Below, one piece after another: positions 23,477 through 35,544 of a DNA stretch of 64,000 nucleotides. The notes below the pieces were generated by a model. The model worked only from the letters and a program-made list of their open reading frames with translations, did no database searches and was not told the DNA's origin. Made by a program: the position numbers and the translations under genes. Source of the stretch: Nemertoderma westbladi (taxonomy: Eukaryota; Animalia; Xenacoelomorpha); the NCBI GenBank assembly GCA_032718475.1, contig JAUCBJ010002303.1, forward strand, positions 1 to 64,000, read 5' to 3'. Position 1 is the stretch's first letter. Each line of letters begins with the position of its first letter.

Positions 23477-26400
23477 GAGAGGGCAGACGAAGCGTCGAGC
23501 CCGATCAGAAGAGGGAAGAAGAACAGTGGAGTTTAACCGGGAGGTCGAAGAGAGATCTCACGAGCGGGAACACTGCACTGAAAAGAGAAGAAGAGAAGAT
23601 AGTAGGAGAAGTATCGCTGCGAACGATAGGAGAGCGAGGACGGATAGCGAGCCGTCGATAGTCGAGATGGGAACGGAGAGTCAGTGGGGTCGAACTTCGG
23701 GAGATTGCCGTCGTCCCAGAGAGGCGCGACCTGACGAGGCGCACTGCGCGCCGATAGAGGGGTACGCGATGTACCGGCACAAGGACGAGAGCAGTGGAGG
23801 GGGTCGAAGAGAAACTTCCCGGCGGGATACAGCTACCGATCGAGAATACGGTAGCCGCGGGGAGGATTACTCGAGAAGATTAAACTTCGATCCCGAGCGA
23901 CACATACAGACTGTGGAACATACTGTAGGCCTTACTGCACATACCATAGGCCATGCTGGCAGGAATAATTTAGGCGATAGGATAGCGCGGACAAAGGGAT
24001 TAAACCCGGAAGTCGCGGAGTACATACCGGCAGGTAGGCCAGAAGCTGACAGGCCTATTCCGGTACCAGTACAACAGTATGACTACAGCATGCAAGGACA
24101 TAACATATACCCAGGGGAGGGGGGAATTATTGCGGATAGGTGCATGGGCCCCAATATATTAACATCAACCCCAGTATCAAACATACCGGTGGGGGGGGGG
24201 GGGGGGGGGACAGGGTGACATTCCCCCATCACAATATCAACAATATACCCCGATAGGAGCAAGAACAACGAGACCCTTGGATGAAAATAGATCATGCGAC
24301 ACAGAAATATGGAGGGGGCCGCTACCCCCAATGATATACCCAAGCCAGAGGAAGGTAGAAAATAGGACGGACGGACCACACCCAACAGGAGAAACTATAC
24401 AACATCCATCGAACCCATTGGAAGCGCAGGCGATGGGGATGGCCACGTTGATCGATGCGTTAAAAACTAGGATCGAGTTACCAGCCGTGGAACCGTTTAA
24501 ATTCGATGGGAGTAGGCCAGAAGAATATCTGCAGTTTCGGCGCATGTATAGTAACGAAATACTAACAAAGAACTTGACGCAGGCGGAGTGCCTAAAATAT
24601 CTGCAAGTATATACAGGAGGCCCAGCATACGACATCGTGAGGCAATACCAGGGCATAGAGGGCGGCTTCACGACGGCATGGCGGGCACTGGACAGGGAAT
24701 ATGGGCACCCGGCCAAGATCATCTGGCAAACCCTGAGGGGCATAACATCGGGTGGCCTACAGGATAATCCCGTTAGCATTAAGACGTTCGCGAACAAAGT
24801 CGAGAAGGCGCTAATCGTGTTAAAGACGCTAGACGCGCCATACGAACTCAACGCGTCCAACAACATCACCACGATAGCGCAGGCACTACCGATGTGGCTG
24901 CGCAACAAGTGGAGGAAAATCGCTTTCTCCACTCGAGATAGGAAGGGTGCGGAACCGGGTTTAGAAGAAATGTCGAGCTTCTTAAACTACGAAGCCGAAT
25001 TAATAACCGACCCAGTCTATAGTGAGGACAGCCTGGGAAAGGGACCAAGAACCGATTACCATAGACTGAAACCAGAACACAACACGTCAAACGCATTGCC
25101 AAAGCTCAGGCAATCATTGCCATAAGCAACGACGCAGGGGACTGCAAGTCCACAGGTAGCCGAGGGTAAGACCACATCATGGAGCGGACAGGGGAAAAAT
25201 AACAACACAAATAAATATAACCCCAGTACGCCCAGTAGGCCGAACCCAAACAATAAGAATAGTAGGGACTTTGGTACAAATGCAACTGCGATACGCAATG
25301 CACTGTATAAGGACGGCTATAACCCAAAGAGCAAATGCCAGCTACATACAAATGCGCTTCATCAAACCATGAACTGCAGGTACTGGCAAGCCCTACCCAG
25401 GGAAGATCAGGTAGAATACACGGCGAGAAATGAGATCTGCTCGCGATGTGTGATGAGTGGACATAGAGCTAGGCAATGCAAGGAGACGCCGATCAAGTTC
25501 GGTCAAAGCAAAGGCCAAACGATGGCAACGAGCACAGTAGGGGTGAAGAAGAGAGGAACGGTGCTACTTGGGGTAGTACCAGTGCGAGTGATTGGAGAAG
25601 GCAATCGATCAGTGACCACACTGATGCTGGTAGATAGTGGAGCTGCCTTCACATTAATCGAAAATTGGGTGGCCGAAGAGATAGGATTGAGAACGAGGCC
25701 AAGTAGAATGGAGGTAACAACAATTTCTAGCAAAGATGAGGTCCTGGAGATGAGGACCGGACGGTGCGCGATTGCAGCGGTGGCACCGGGATGCGACTAT
25801 GGGGCGACCATCGACCCTATCCAAGTGATAGAGTCAATAAATATCAATGCCAGGCGGCCAACCAACATCGAGGTCGAACAATATAAATTCCTGGACGATA
25901 TCGACTTCTCAATCCCAGAGGTGGACGTTAGGAAGGTATCCATCATAGTAGGAATGGACTGCCCGACGGCCCACGAAAGAATGCAAACGGTCTTCGGCGA
26001 AGACAGGCAGTGTGACCTGATGGCGATATTGACACCATTCGGGTGGACGCTGAGTGGCCCAATTAAGAGTAAGATACCATTTAGGATGTCGGAGACATCA
26101 GGATGCATGTTCGCAGGAACTATGTAAGAAATGGGGGATGAGAGAGCGGAGGAACAGCTCAAGAGACTGCTCAGGCAAGATTTTGAGGGACTAAAGGAAA
26201 CCGGGGTCGGGACCTCGGTGGAAGACAAGCAGGCTCAGCAGAGCGTAAAGGAGTCTATGAGATGCGACGAGGGGCGGTATACCATAGGAATGGTATGGAA
26301 GCTACCAAAGCTACCACTGCCCGATAACAAGGGAATGGTACTCACGAGGCTTCATAAGTTGAAACAGACATTAAAACGGAGCCCCGAAAAGAATGAGTAC

Positions 26401-29400
26401 ATTCACAAAACAATCAGAAAGTACGTCGAGAAGGGATGGGCCGTGGAGTTACCGGTCGACGAACCGAACACGGACAGGACATATTACCTGCCACTCCACG
26501 TGGCTTTAGATCCGAAGAAAGGTAAACTGCGGATGGTAGTGGACGCATCGGCAAAGACCGACGGGAAATGCCTAAACGACTATCTGCTAGAAGGTCCCAA
26601 CATATACAACTCAGGGATAGAGGTCCTACTCAGATTCAGGAATGGGAAACACGCCTTCACCTGTGACATAGAAGGCATGTTCAACCAAGTCCGTGTGACG
26701 GAAGAGGATAGCGACAGTCAACACTTCCTATGGTACAACGGCGACGTGGAACCGTCGACAATACTGATGTACAAGATGATAGTACAGAATATGGGAGCCA
26801 AGTCGTCTTCATTCACGACGACTATGGCCGTAAGAGACACAGTAAAGGGAAAGGAAGATAAATACAGTACTAGAGCCGTCGATATGATTCGACGCGGCTT
26901 CTACGTAGATGACGGGATGGAGTCTGGAAATACGGTTAAGGAGCTACTGGACACAGGGCGCGAGGTTCGTGACATCCTTAAAGGATCCGGCTTCAACCTA
27001 ACCAAATTCCAATCCAGTTCGAAGGAATTTATCGAGGCGATAAAAGATGAGAGACCAGGATCGACCATGGATAATCCCACAACAGCCAAGGGGCAGGACA
27101 TGGCGAACAAGAGGATAGAATCTCAACAGAAGGCACTGGGAATCGTGTGGAACAGAGAGACGGATGAACTGAAGTACCAGTTGAGTCAGGAGGGCGCAGA
27201 TATCCACACAAAGAGGGGCTATGTGTCGTACATAGCAAGGATATACAATCCCCTAGGCCTAGCATCCCCACTATTAGTCACGGGGAAACAGATACTCAAG
27301 AGAGTATACAAACTAAAGGACGAGTGGGACGCAGAGATACCGGAAGAGATCAGAAAGCAGTGGTATAACTGGACAGAGAGCCTGGAGCAGATGGGAACAT
27401 ACAGCATGCCAAGAGTGTATTTCCCGGATGGGGACATGACAAATCTGGACCTACACATGTTCTCTGATGCATCGTTAGAGGCATACGGAGCGGCACTCTA
27501 TTTAGTACAACGAGAGGGGGCTCACAAGCCCTGACTGGCCTTCAGCAAAGCGAAGTCAACGCCACCAGATTCAGCATCAGTTCCCAAACTAGAATTGACA
27601 GCTGCGAGACTAGGAGTTAGGGCTACAGCCTACCTAATGGATGCTATTCCCAACATAGTGGAGACACACTACTGGACGGATTCCATGGTAGTGCTTGGTT
27701 GGCTACATAACAAAATGACGAGATACCCTATATTCGTCGCGAATAGAGTGGACGAAATAAGGGCGACCACAGAACTGGAAAGGTGGCACTACTGCCCAAC
27801 GGACGAGAACCCAGCGGACTTGTTATCGAGGGGCGTGGTATGCCACACTTTCTTGAAGAAGGAAGTATTGTGGCAACACGGGCCACAGTTTCTGAGCGAT
27901 AAGGAGGCCTGGCCGCCGATGAGAAAGGTGGACCCGGGCTCAGGAGAAGTAGTGTCAGAAGGAGAAGAGGGAGATTCAGAGGGAGAAGAGATATACTCCC
28001 AGATAGTGAGGGAGATTAGGGGCGTGCAACCAAAATCAGAAGAACCGTGCGATAACCTGGCGGATAAACTCCTTAGCTACAGTTCTAGCTGGTACAAGAC
28101 CAAGAAATTAGTGGCGTACTGGAGAGCCTTCGGGAATTTCCTCAGGGGAGTTGGCAAAGACGTGAAGATTAGAATGACAATAGATCTGGAAGGAGCGGCC
28201 AAAGCAGTCATCCGCTACGAGCAGAGGAAGAACTACGGCGACGAGGTGGAACGCGTCAGTAAACAACAGCATCTACGGTGGGACAACGAGCTCATCACGC
28301 TGTCACCACAACTTAATGACGACGGGATCCTAGTAATGAACTCTAGGGTGGGATACAACAACAGTATCGTCGTACCACCGAAGCCCATCATCATCCCCAC
28401 AGGATCGCCGATAGTCCACAAGATTATTTGGGACTCCCACAAGTCGATATTGCACGGGGGCACCAAACAGTTGAGGAAGAAAGTAAAGGCGGTAGTGGGG
28501 CAGTGCCAGAGCTGCCGACGAGCGAAGAAGGAGCGAGCCATACAGGAGATGGCACCACTATCGGCGAGTAGGGTAAGACAGCACGACCCGCCATTTACGC
28601 ATTGCGGTGTGGACATGTTCGGGCCGATAAAGATCAAGGTGATGCGGCACACGGAGAAACGCTATGGTATTATCATTCGTATGTAATAACACGCGGGCGG
28701 TAGGGATAGAACTCGCCCAAGATGCAACCGCATCGGCATTCATTAATGCCTTAGAGAGGTTTAGAGACCGCAAAGGTGGGACAATCGCAGTAATATACTC
28801 AGACAATGGGACCAACTTTGTGGGGGCGGAGAACGAGATGGCAGAGGCCTTGGATATCCTGGAAGGAGAGGAAGTCAGGGCAGCCATGAGGCGACGACAA
28901 GTAAAGTGGGAGAGGAGGACGCCGTATGCACCGCATACCCTAGGATGCGTCGAGAGACTAGTGGGTAGTTCGAAGCGTCTGATGACGAAGTTGATGAACA
29001 CCCATATGGTTACGGAGGACGTGCTAAGGACAGTACTTGCGAAGTGTGAGGGTATCATTAATAGCAGACCGCTATATCCAGAGAATGATGACCCTGAGTC
29101 ACTAGACGTGTTGATGCCCAGCCATTTCCTAACTGAAAGGCCAGCGACCATCAATATGCGGGGTGTAGACCCAGATGACATACACTCCCGCCAGAGTTGG
29201 AAAGTCACTAAGGCGATAAGCGCAGAGTATTGGAGGAGATGGGTTGAGGAATACCTACCCACGCTTCACAGAAGAAGTAAGTGGAGGAAGACGAACAGAG
29301 AGCTGAAAGAGGGTGATCTCGTGATCGTCACGGATGATACCATCATCAACAACCAGTGGCGGTTGGCGAGAGTTGTAGGCACTTACTCCGATGAGGACGG

Positions 29401-29509
29401 AAGAGTCCGATCGGTAGAAGTGCGGATAGGTGGCAAGATAGGTGCGAAAGACAGGAAAACCTACAGAAGGGCTGTAGGGAAGTGCTGTCTTCTAGAGGGA
29501 GCACCTTAG
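23477..29509 (+). pseudogene. BEL/Pao gag-pol of copy B (premature stops and frameshifts)
   Basis: Stops at ~25123, 26125 and 27532, a deletion near 28465 and a frameshift near 28675; same motifs as copy A. Confidence 0.9.
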
Positions 29510-29671
29510 TGTAGAGTAAGAGAGGAGTTTAGTCGTCCAAATTTTGGACTGAGGGGGGTGGGATTGAGGGCGAGACGCCCTTCCCACACATAAAAATAAA
29601 ATAAAAAATAAATATAAATAATAATAACTAGGTACGCAGTAAGTAGGCAGATAGAAGTTAGATAGTAAGAG

Positions 29672-30430
29672 TAGTAAGAGGGTACGTAGTACCGTTAGTT
29701 AGGAGTGTTAGAGGAGTAGTAAGAGGGTACGTCGTACCGTTAGTTAGGAGTGTTAGAGGAGTAGTAAGAGGGTACGTAGTACCGTTAGTTAGGAATGTTA
29801 GAGGAGTTAGTAAGAGGGTACGTAGTACCGTTAGTTAGGAGTGTTAGAGGAGTAGTAAGAGGGTACGTAGTACCGTTAGTTAGGAGTGTTAGAGGAGTAG
29901 TAAGAGGGTACGTAGTACCGTTAGTTAGGAATGTTAGAGGAGTTAGTAAGAGGGTACGTAGTACCGTTAGTTAGGAGTGTTAGAGGAGTAGTAAGAGGGT
30001 ACATAGTACCATTAGTTAGGAGTGTTAGAGGAGTTAGTAAGAGGGTACGTAGTACCGTTAGTTAGGAGTGTTAGAGGAGTTAGTAAGAGGGTACGTAGTA
30101 CCATTAGTTAGTTAGTTGAGTTAGAGGTTAGTAAGAGGGTACGTAGTACCGTTAGTTAGTTAGTGGAGTTAGAGGTTAGTAAGAGGGTATGTAGTACCGT
30201 TAGTTAGTTAGTTGAGTTAGAGGTTAGTAAGAGGGTACGTAGTACTGTTAGTTAGTTAGTGGAGTTAGAGGTTAGTAAGAGGGTACATAGTACCATTAGT
30301 CAGTGGAGTTAGAGTAGTAAGAGGGTACGTAGTACCTTTAGTTAGAGAGAGTAAGAGTTAGAGGGTACGTAGTACCGTTAGTTAGTTAGAGAGAGTTAGA
30401 AGTTAGTAAGAAAGTACGTAGTACTAGTTA
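29672..30430 (+). repeat. ~45-48-bp tandem array (~17 units) with the core palindrome GGTAC-GTA-GTACC
   Basis: The core recurs at 29681, 29726, 29771, 29817 and onward. Unit: AGTAAGAGGGTACGTAGTACCGTTAGTTAGGAGTGTTAGAGGAGT. Confidence 0.92.
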
Positions 30431-31256
30431 GTAAGAGATAGAGGTAGAAGGGTATATATAGTATAGATATTAGTCAGTAGTGAGTAGCGAGAGGGGGGCA
30501 TATGAGTACAGCTGGATAAATCGTGTGGCCATGCGACGCATACTGTTGTACTGCACAGGTCCCACAGAATAGGCCAGAATGTGGATTATAAAATAGAATA
30601 ATCCATAGATGATAGTAAGTAGTAGGACAGTAGAATTAAAATTAAATTAAAAATAAAATAAGAATAGGGCTGAAAATTAGCAAATTATGGTAACAGTGGA
30701 AAAGGAAATTCTGGAATATAATTAAAGTAATGGACAAAATTGCGATTTAGGGTACATTTAGTAGCTTCATAATTAAGTAGTGTAAAGAATAGGCGATAAC
30801 TCAGAAATTCAGAGAGAGATAGGCCATCGAACTGAAATAAACCATCTAAACCTATCACTCATCCTATAGCGCCTTGGTAAGGCACCACCCAAAGGGTGAG
30901 CGATCGGGCAGAGTTCGAGATGGCAAGCAAACTTGTGCGAAAGAGAAAGGCGGAGCTAGGAGGAAAGGAGATACTGGTGGATTTCACCAAGAGGCATCCG
31001 GAAGAGAGGACAAGGGGATACTACGAGCGGTTAGAAAAGGGTCACGCAGTGCGAGCGCTACAGGACCACTTCAGGGAGGTGCACGAATAGCGGCTGGTCG
31101 GGACCTACGGGACGCCGTCGCTGGACAACGCGATCTTCGAGCATTTCCACTACGTGGTGAAAGGAGACGAGGCGAAGTTCGGGATTCCGAAGTACGCAAG
31201 AGAGTCAGAGGAAAGATTGGAAGAGGTTCATAGAGTCCGTCAACAGGGGAGGATAC

Positions 31257-33467
31257 ATGATCCTAGATGACGAAGGGACTGTGGAAGACAAGGAGGGTTC
31301 AAGGAGAGGATCGGCGGGATTGGCCAGAACCATACTCCTACATTTGGCCGCGCCAAATGGGGATATTTTCCTATTTGACCTGGGAACGTATGGGAAGAAG
31401 GACGGGCCGAAGTTAAACTTGCTGCCGAGGGCGGTGCAAGTCCTAGTGAGAGAGAAGTCGACAACAAAAGTGGGATTGGCGATTCGCGATGACACGGAGA
31501 GAATCATCGGTCCGGACACCCCCAACCTCCTGGATATGCAGACGGTCTTCATGGCTATGACAGCACCAGACGGGTTGGGACTAGTCGAGAACACAGGCCA
31601 TTGCGGAGCGGTGGCGATGGGCCAGCTATTGGGGCTCGTATGTCACAAACCAATGGACTGGGGGAAGTTCAGAGAAGAGTACGGAGCAGAATTAGCAAAC
31701 TCGCTGAAGTGGGGAGCGAGGCCGGAAAAACAAGAGGTGTATCAATTCCGAAGAGGAGCGATAAAGGTATATCAGAAGCGATATATCCTGCAGGAGGACT
31801 GGATAATGATAGGTTTGCTTAACCTATTCATGACCGTGGTTATCGAGAGGGAACCAGCGGCATTCCTATTATCGGGATCACCCCTAAACTACAGAAGAGC
31901 CTTTAAGACGGCTTTCGTGGGTCTGGTAGACCACCCGGGGCTGAAGGGCGAGTCGGTGTACTACAACAGCCGACATCTGGTAGACGGGGAGATAGATACT
32001 CCGTATCAGAGATGGGAGCAGCTAGAGACGGATAGACGAGAGGCGAAGCGACTGGAAGAAGTTGCTAGACGGGAGAGGAGAGAAGCAGAGGAAAGGGAGG
32101 AGGAAGCCAGGGCGCAGAGCTACGGCTTCGAGGAACAGACGGGCTTAGACGAACTTCGTTGGACTTCATCAGGGAGTTCGGGGGAGTCTCTAGGGCGAGA
32201 ACTGGGATGGACGGTGGGATCACCGAAACAGTCAACGTCGGGATTGCAAGCGACGCCCATACCAGCGGGCACTGAGGGCGACCAGCCGCTAAGGAAGCTA
32301 GGGGAGCTAGAGGGATGGAGAGCTACGGGCGAGAGCCAAGGCGGGAAGGGACATAGTGGGTCCACCGGGATACCGGGGTTGGAGTCACTGCCAGAGGAGG
32401 ACGAAGACGACGACGAGTTCGGGAGGATCGGCCACTCGGACACGCACTGGGTTGGCGGGAGGGTGGTGACGGCCAGTGGGGCGAGGGCCTTCTGGGATAG
32501 ACCCGGCAAACGGGCCTGGGTGCACGAGGAGCCGGCGATGGATTTCGCGGGGAGCACTATCAGGTTGGGCGAGCAACCGGGGACGGCACCACGGGTAGTA
32601 TTCGGGGAGACGATGCACGAGAGGGGCGAGGAGATCGACGTAGATAGGGACACTAACGCCCGGAAGTTCGCTTACCAGCGACTCCACAGACCGCGGAGAT
32701 CGCTTGGGACGAAAGACGACGTGGGGCGGGAGACATTGGTACTCGGCTGCGACTACTGTGGGAGACAGACCCACCAGGAAAGGAGCTGTTTGTACCGGTT
32801 CCAGAAAGGAACTAGTTGTCTCTATTGCCGCGAGTCGAGCCACAGGATGGGGGCGTGTCCACGGTTGCATAACCGATGTTCGAAATGTAACTTCCGGGGA
32901 CATTACGGATGCCAGTGCGACTGGATGGACGACAAAGAAAAGTTTAGGATCTTCGAGGAGGTGGCCGACGTCGGAGCGATGACTCGGCAACGCATGAAGG
33001 CCCAGGAGTTCCGGTGGGGCTTCTTTAACATCAATCAGGAGGCTCACATGGAGATTATCAAACGGAGGCTTCCGTTTACCTATCAGGAAGTGGCGACGGC
33101 GGTATCATATGCCGGAGTGATAAATACGCAGAGGTATTTGTATAGGTGGACGCCACAGAGTAGAGGAGAGTTTAGGGATTTCTTGGCGGAGCATGTGCCG
33201 CAGGCAATGAAGATGATCTTATGGGACGCCACCAGGGGGAGACAACAGGGCCACTCGGAGGGGCCACCCGCTAAGCGATACCGGGAGCTAATAACACCGG
33301 CACCCAAGGAGTCAACGACCGGGATCAGTAAGGAGGTGGTGGCGAGAGTCCGAAGCCAGAAAGCAGACAAGACCAGAGGAGCGGCAGTGACCAGGAAACG
33401 ACCCAGGGAGGAGGACGACAAAGGGAAAGACTTGAGGTGGTTCCCAAAGGCTGGTGGAACGAACTAA
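31257..33467 (+). CDS. Retrotransposon accessory protein: DEDDy-like 3'-5' exonuclease domain plus three CCHC zinc knuckles (true start probably ATG 30920, with one stop and one frameshift)
   Basis: ExoI-like ILDDEG, LLHLAAPNGDIFLFDL, ExoII-like LPRAVQVLVREKSTTKVGLAIRDD, LLDMQ and ExoIII-like QKRYILQED. Knuckles: CDYCGRQTHQERSC, CLYCRESSHRMGAC, CSKCNFRGHYGCQC. Basic C-terminal RKRPR. Confidence 0.72.
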   Translation: MILDDEGTVEDKEGSRRGSAGLARTILLHLAAPNGDIFLFDLGTYGKKDGPKLNLLPRAVQVLVREKSTTKVGLAIRDDTERIIGPDTPNLLDMQTVFMAMTAPDGLGLVENTGHCGAVAMGQLLGLVCHKPMDWGKFREEYGAELANSLKWGARPEKQEVYQFRRGAIKVYQKRYILQEDWIMIGLLNLFMTVVIEREPAAFLLSGSPLNYRRAFKTAFVGLVDHPGLKGESVYYNSRHLVDGEIDTPYQRWEQLETDRREAKRLEEVARRERREAEEREEEARAQSYGFEEQTGLDELRWTSSGSSGESLGRELGWTVGSPKQSTSGLQATPIPAGTEGDQPLRKLGELEGWRATGESQGGKGHSGSTGIPGLESLPEEDEDDDEFGRIGHSDTHWVGGRVVTASGARAFWDRPGKRAWVHEEPAMDFAGSTIRLGEQPGTAPRVVFGETMHERGEEIDVDRDTNARKFAYQRLHRPRRSLGTKDDVGRETLVLGCDYCGRQTHQERSCLYRFQKGTSCLYCRESSHRMGACPRLHNRCSKCNFRGHYGCQCDWMDDKEKFRIFEEVADVGAMTRQRMKAQEFRWGFFNINQEAHMEIIKRRLPFTYQEVATAVSYAGVINTQRYLYRWTPQSRGEFRDFLAEHVPQAMKMILWDATRGRQQGHSEGPPAKRYRELITPAPKESTTGISKEVVARVRSQKADKTRGAAVTRKRPREEDDKGKDLRWFPKAGGTN

Positions 33468-34159
33468 GACTTCGGTGTAACATGCCTGGAAGGCACCACG
33501 CGAGACGTGCGAACTCTTAAATACAAATTCAAATAATGTAAATAATCGAATAAGTACAATTTGTATGTACGTACGTAGCAATCAGTAATCTAGTAATGAA
33601 ATATATATATTCGAAGTAAGTACTATAGTCATATAACCTTTCTCAATTAGCTACTGGGACTGGGGACCAATGGACTATAATACTACTACGGACGAGACAT
33701 TGGACGACATCACGCTTCTTGAGTGCGATGGCACAAAAGGGAGGGGTGAAACTCGTCGGGAGTGAGTGGTCAGGATAGAGGTTGAGTTGTAGTGCGGAGA
33801 GAGTGCGGAGTATAGAGAGAGTGTGAGCGCAATTCAAGTGTGGGGGGGAGAAGTAAGAGGCAGATTGAGGGACGAGGAGGTTCGAGAGTGTGTAAGAGTT
33901 GGGGTGAGAGTAGAGTAGAGTTGGAGTGGCGAAAATGTTGGGGAAACAAAAGTCGTGTGGGAGGAGCGCACGATCGGCCCGACACGGGATGCCAGACAAA
34001 TGGGGTAGCATTATCATACCCATAGGGAGCGGTCTGGAAAGCCGGCTCTGAGAGAAAATAGTTCCACCCCACACCCGATACTAGATCGGGATCCAGCGGA
34101 ATTGTAGCGCACTAGAGGTGGATGCTATCTTCTCACCAGGAAGATAGCATGGGGGGGAG

Positions 34160-34726
34160 TGTTAGCTTATCCAATTCCGCTAACCACCCCATAAAGTGAG
34201 CCATTAAGCAATATTGGGGAACACGAGGGTGAGCAGTCAACCTCGTGTCACCCCAACAAAGTGGGAAGGAGAAAGCACACACACACACACACACAATAAG
34301 GGTCAGGGGTTACACCCCTGAGAGAGAGAGAGAGAGAGTAACAGGGGCGAAGGGAAACCCTCCAGGGGAGGAAAAGGGCGACAACAGGGTTATTAGACAA
34401 TGGGGGGAAGGCATCGGTTGAGTAATGTAACACAGCCAACCGTGCAATATATATTATCAGTACAGTAATCATTTCATTCACTTATAGTAAGTCAGTTTAG
34501 CTAGGGTAGTACCGGAACTTCAATTACCGTCTTCGTATACCATCCGTGTATCCAATATTGTATCTTATACTTTGTGTTATCATCTGTATACCTTATATCA
34601 TATCTTATACTATTATACCCGGAGAACTATATACAGCGATCAATAACTCTCTTTACCTTTCACACACGGCGGGGACGCGTAGATTGAAAACCGGATAAAC
34701 CGGGATCCTCCGTAGATCCCGTCACA
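34160..34726 (+). repeat. LTR 3 (3' LTR of copy B, diverged)
   Basis: PPT followed by TGTTAGCTTAT...GATCCCGTCACA; same termini as LTR 1 and LTR 2 with a diverged interior. Confidence 0.88.
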
Positions 34727-34811
34727 CTTGTAGATATTCCCATTGAATTCACTGGGAAGAGCTATCACCTGGGCTGGGGTGGGGTGATACAATACAAACT
34801 CACAGGTGATT

Positions 34812-35544
34812 TTTGCTTAATGTCTGGGATAGAGTGACTGGGTAAACACAACCTTACTAAACTTGGCAACATGGCATGTAATATACTTGTCTGCAGTTTG
34901 GGCCTGTAATAATAGCATTCACAAGGCCCTCACTATCATTTTTCATGAGCTCACCAGCTGGTGATTATACATTACTATTGGGTCTATGGCAATTTTCGTG
35001 TTTTGGGGCTATTTTTCGAAATAAAACAAGTTGAGATGTTTCAATTTAAACCGCGATTTCACAAGTACCCATAGAAATCTATTTTCATGGTTCATGCAAA
35101 ATTTAATCAAAATCGTTAGAGCCGTTTTTGCACAAGTTAAGTAGGTACTGTAGTTGTCTAGTCAGTAGCTTTTTTGCTTATTAGAAGACCGATAGGACTT
35201 CATACTGTAAAAGTATTCACTATGTATGTATATCGGGTTAACTCCTCCGAAACTATAGTTCGCCTGTCAATGAATGAAAGTTATATGAATCGACGCAACT
35301 CAACCCCAGGGTGTGGAAAAAAAAAGTTTCTAAAAAAATTATTAAAGTGTATTTTTTTGTTTCAAAAAATAGCCTCAAAACACGAAAATTGCTATAGACT
35401 CAATGATAGAAACACAAGCTGCTGGTGCTCATGAGGGCCTAGTAAGCTACTAACTATTGATTGAATGGATAGGCCCAAACTGCAACGAATTACATTACTT
35501 GTCAAATTTATTACTATCTCACTCTATCCCAGACAGAAAGCAAA
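34812..35544. mobile_element. Non-autonomous element with imperfect ~200-bp inverted arms
   Basis: 34812-35025 is an imperfect reverse complement of 35355-35544 (e.g. TGTCTGGGATAGAGTGA / TCACTCTATCCCAGACA). A related sequence occurs at ~57145-57310. Confidence 0.55.

Larger units (their letters stand above)
23477..34726 (+). mobile_element. BEL/Pao copy B: 5' part missing; has the accessory module and a 3' LTR
   Basis: Starts abruptly in gag (homologous to position 15901 of copy A). Pol is homologous to copy A. PPT and a diverged LTR lie at 34160-34726. Confidence 0.9.

Noticed and set aside
29672-30430. CRISPR-like look (palindromic repeats next to a nuclease-like ORF)
   Set aside because: The sequences between the palindromes are near-identical rather than unique spacers, there are no cas genes, and the context is a eukaryotic retrotransposon.
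31257-33467. env gene
   Set aside because: No signal peptide or C-terminal transmembrane anchor is visible; the motifs point to an exonuclease with zinc knuckles.
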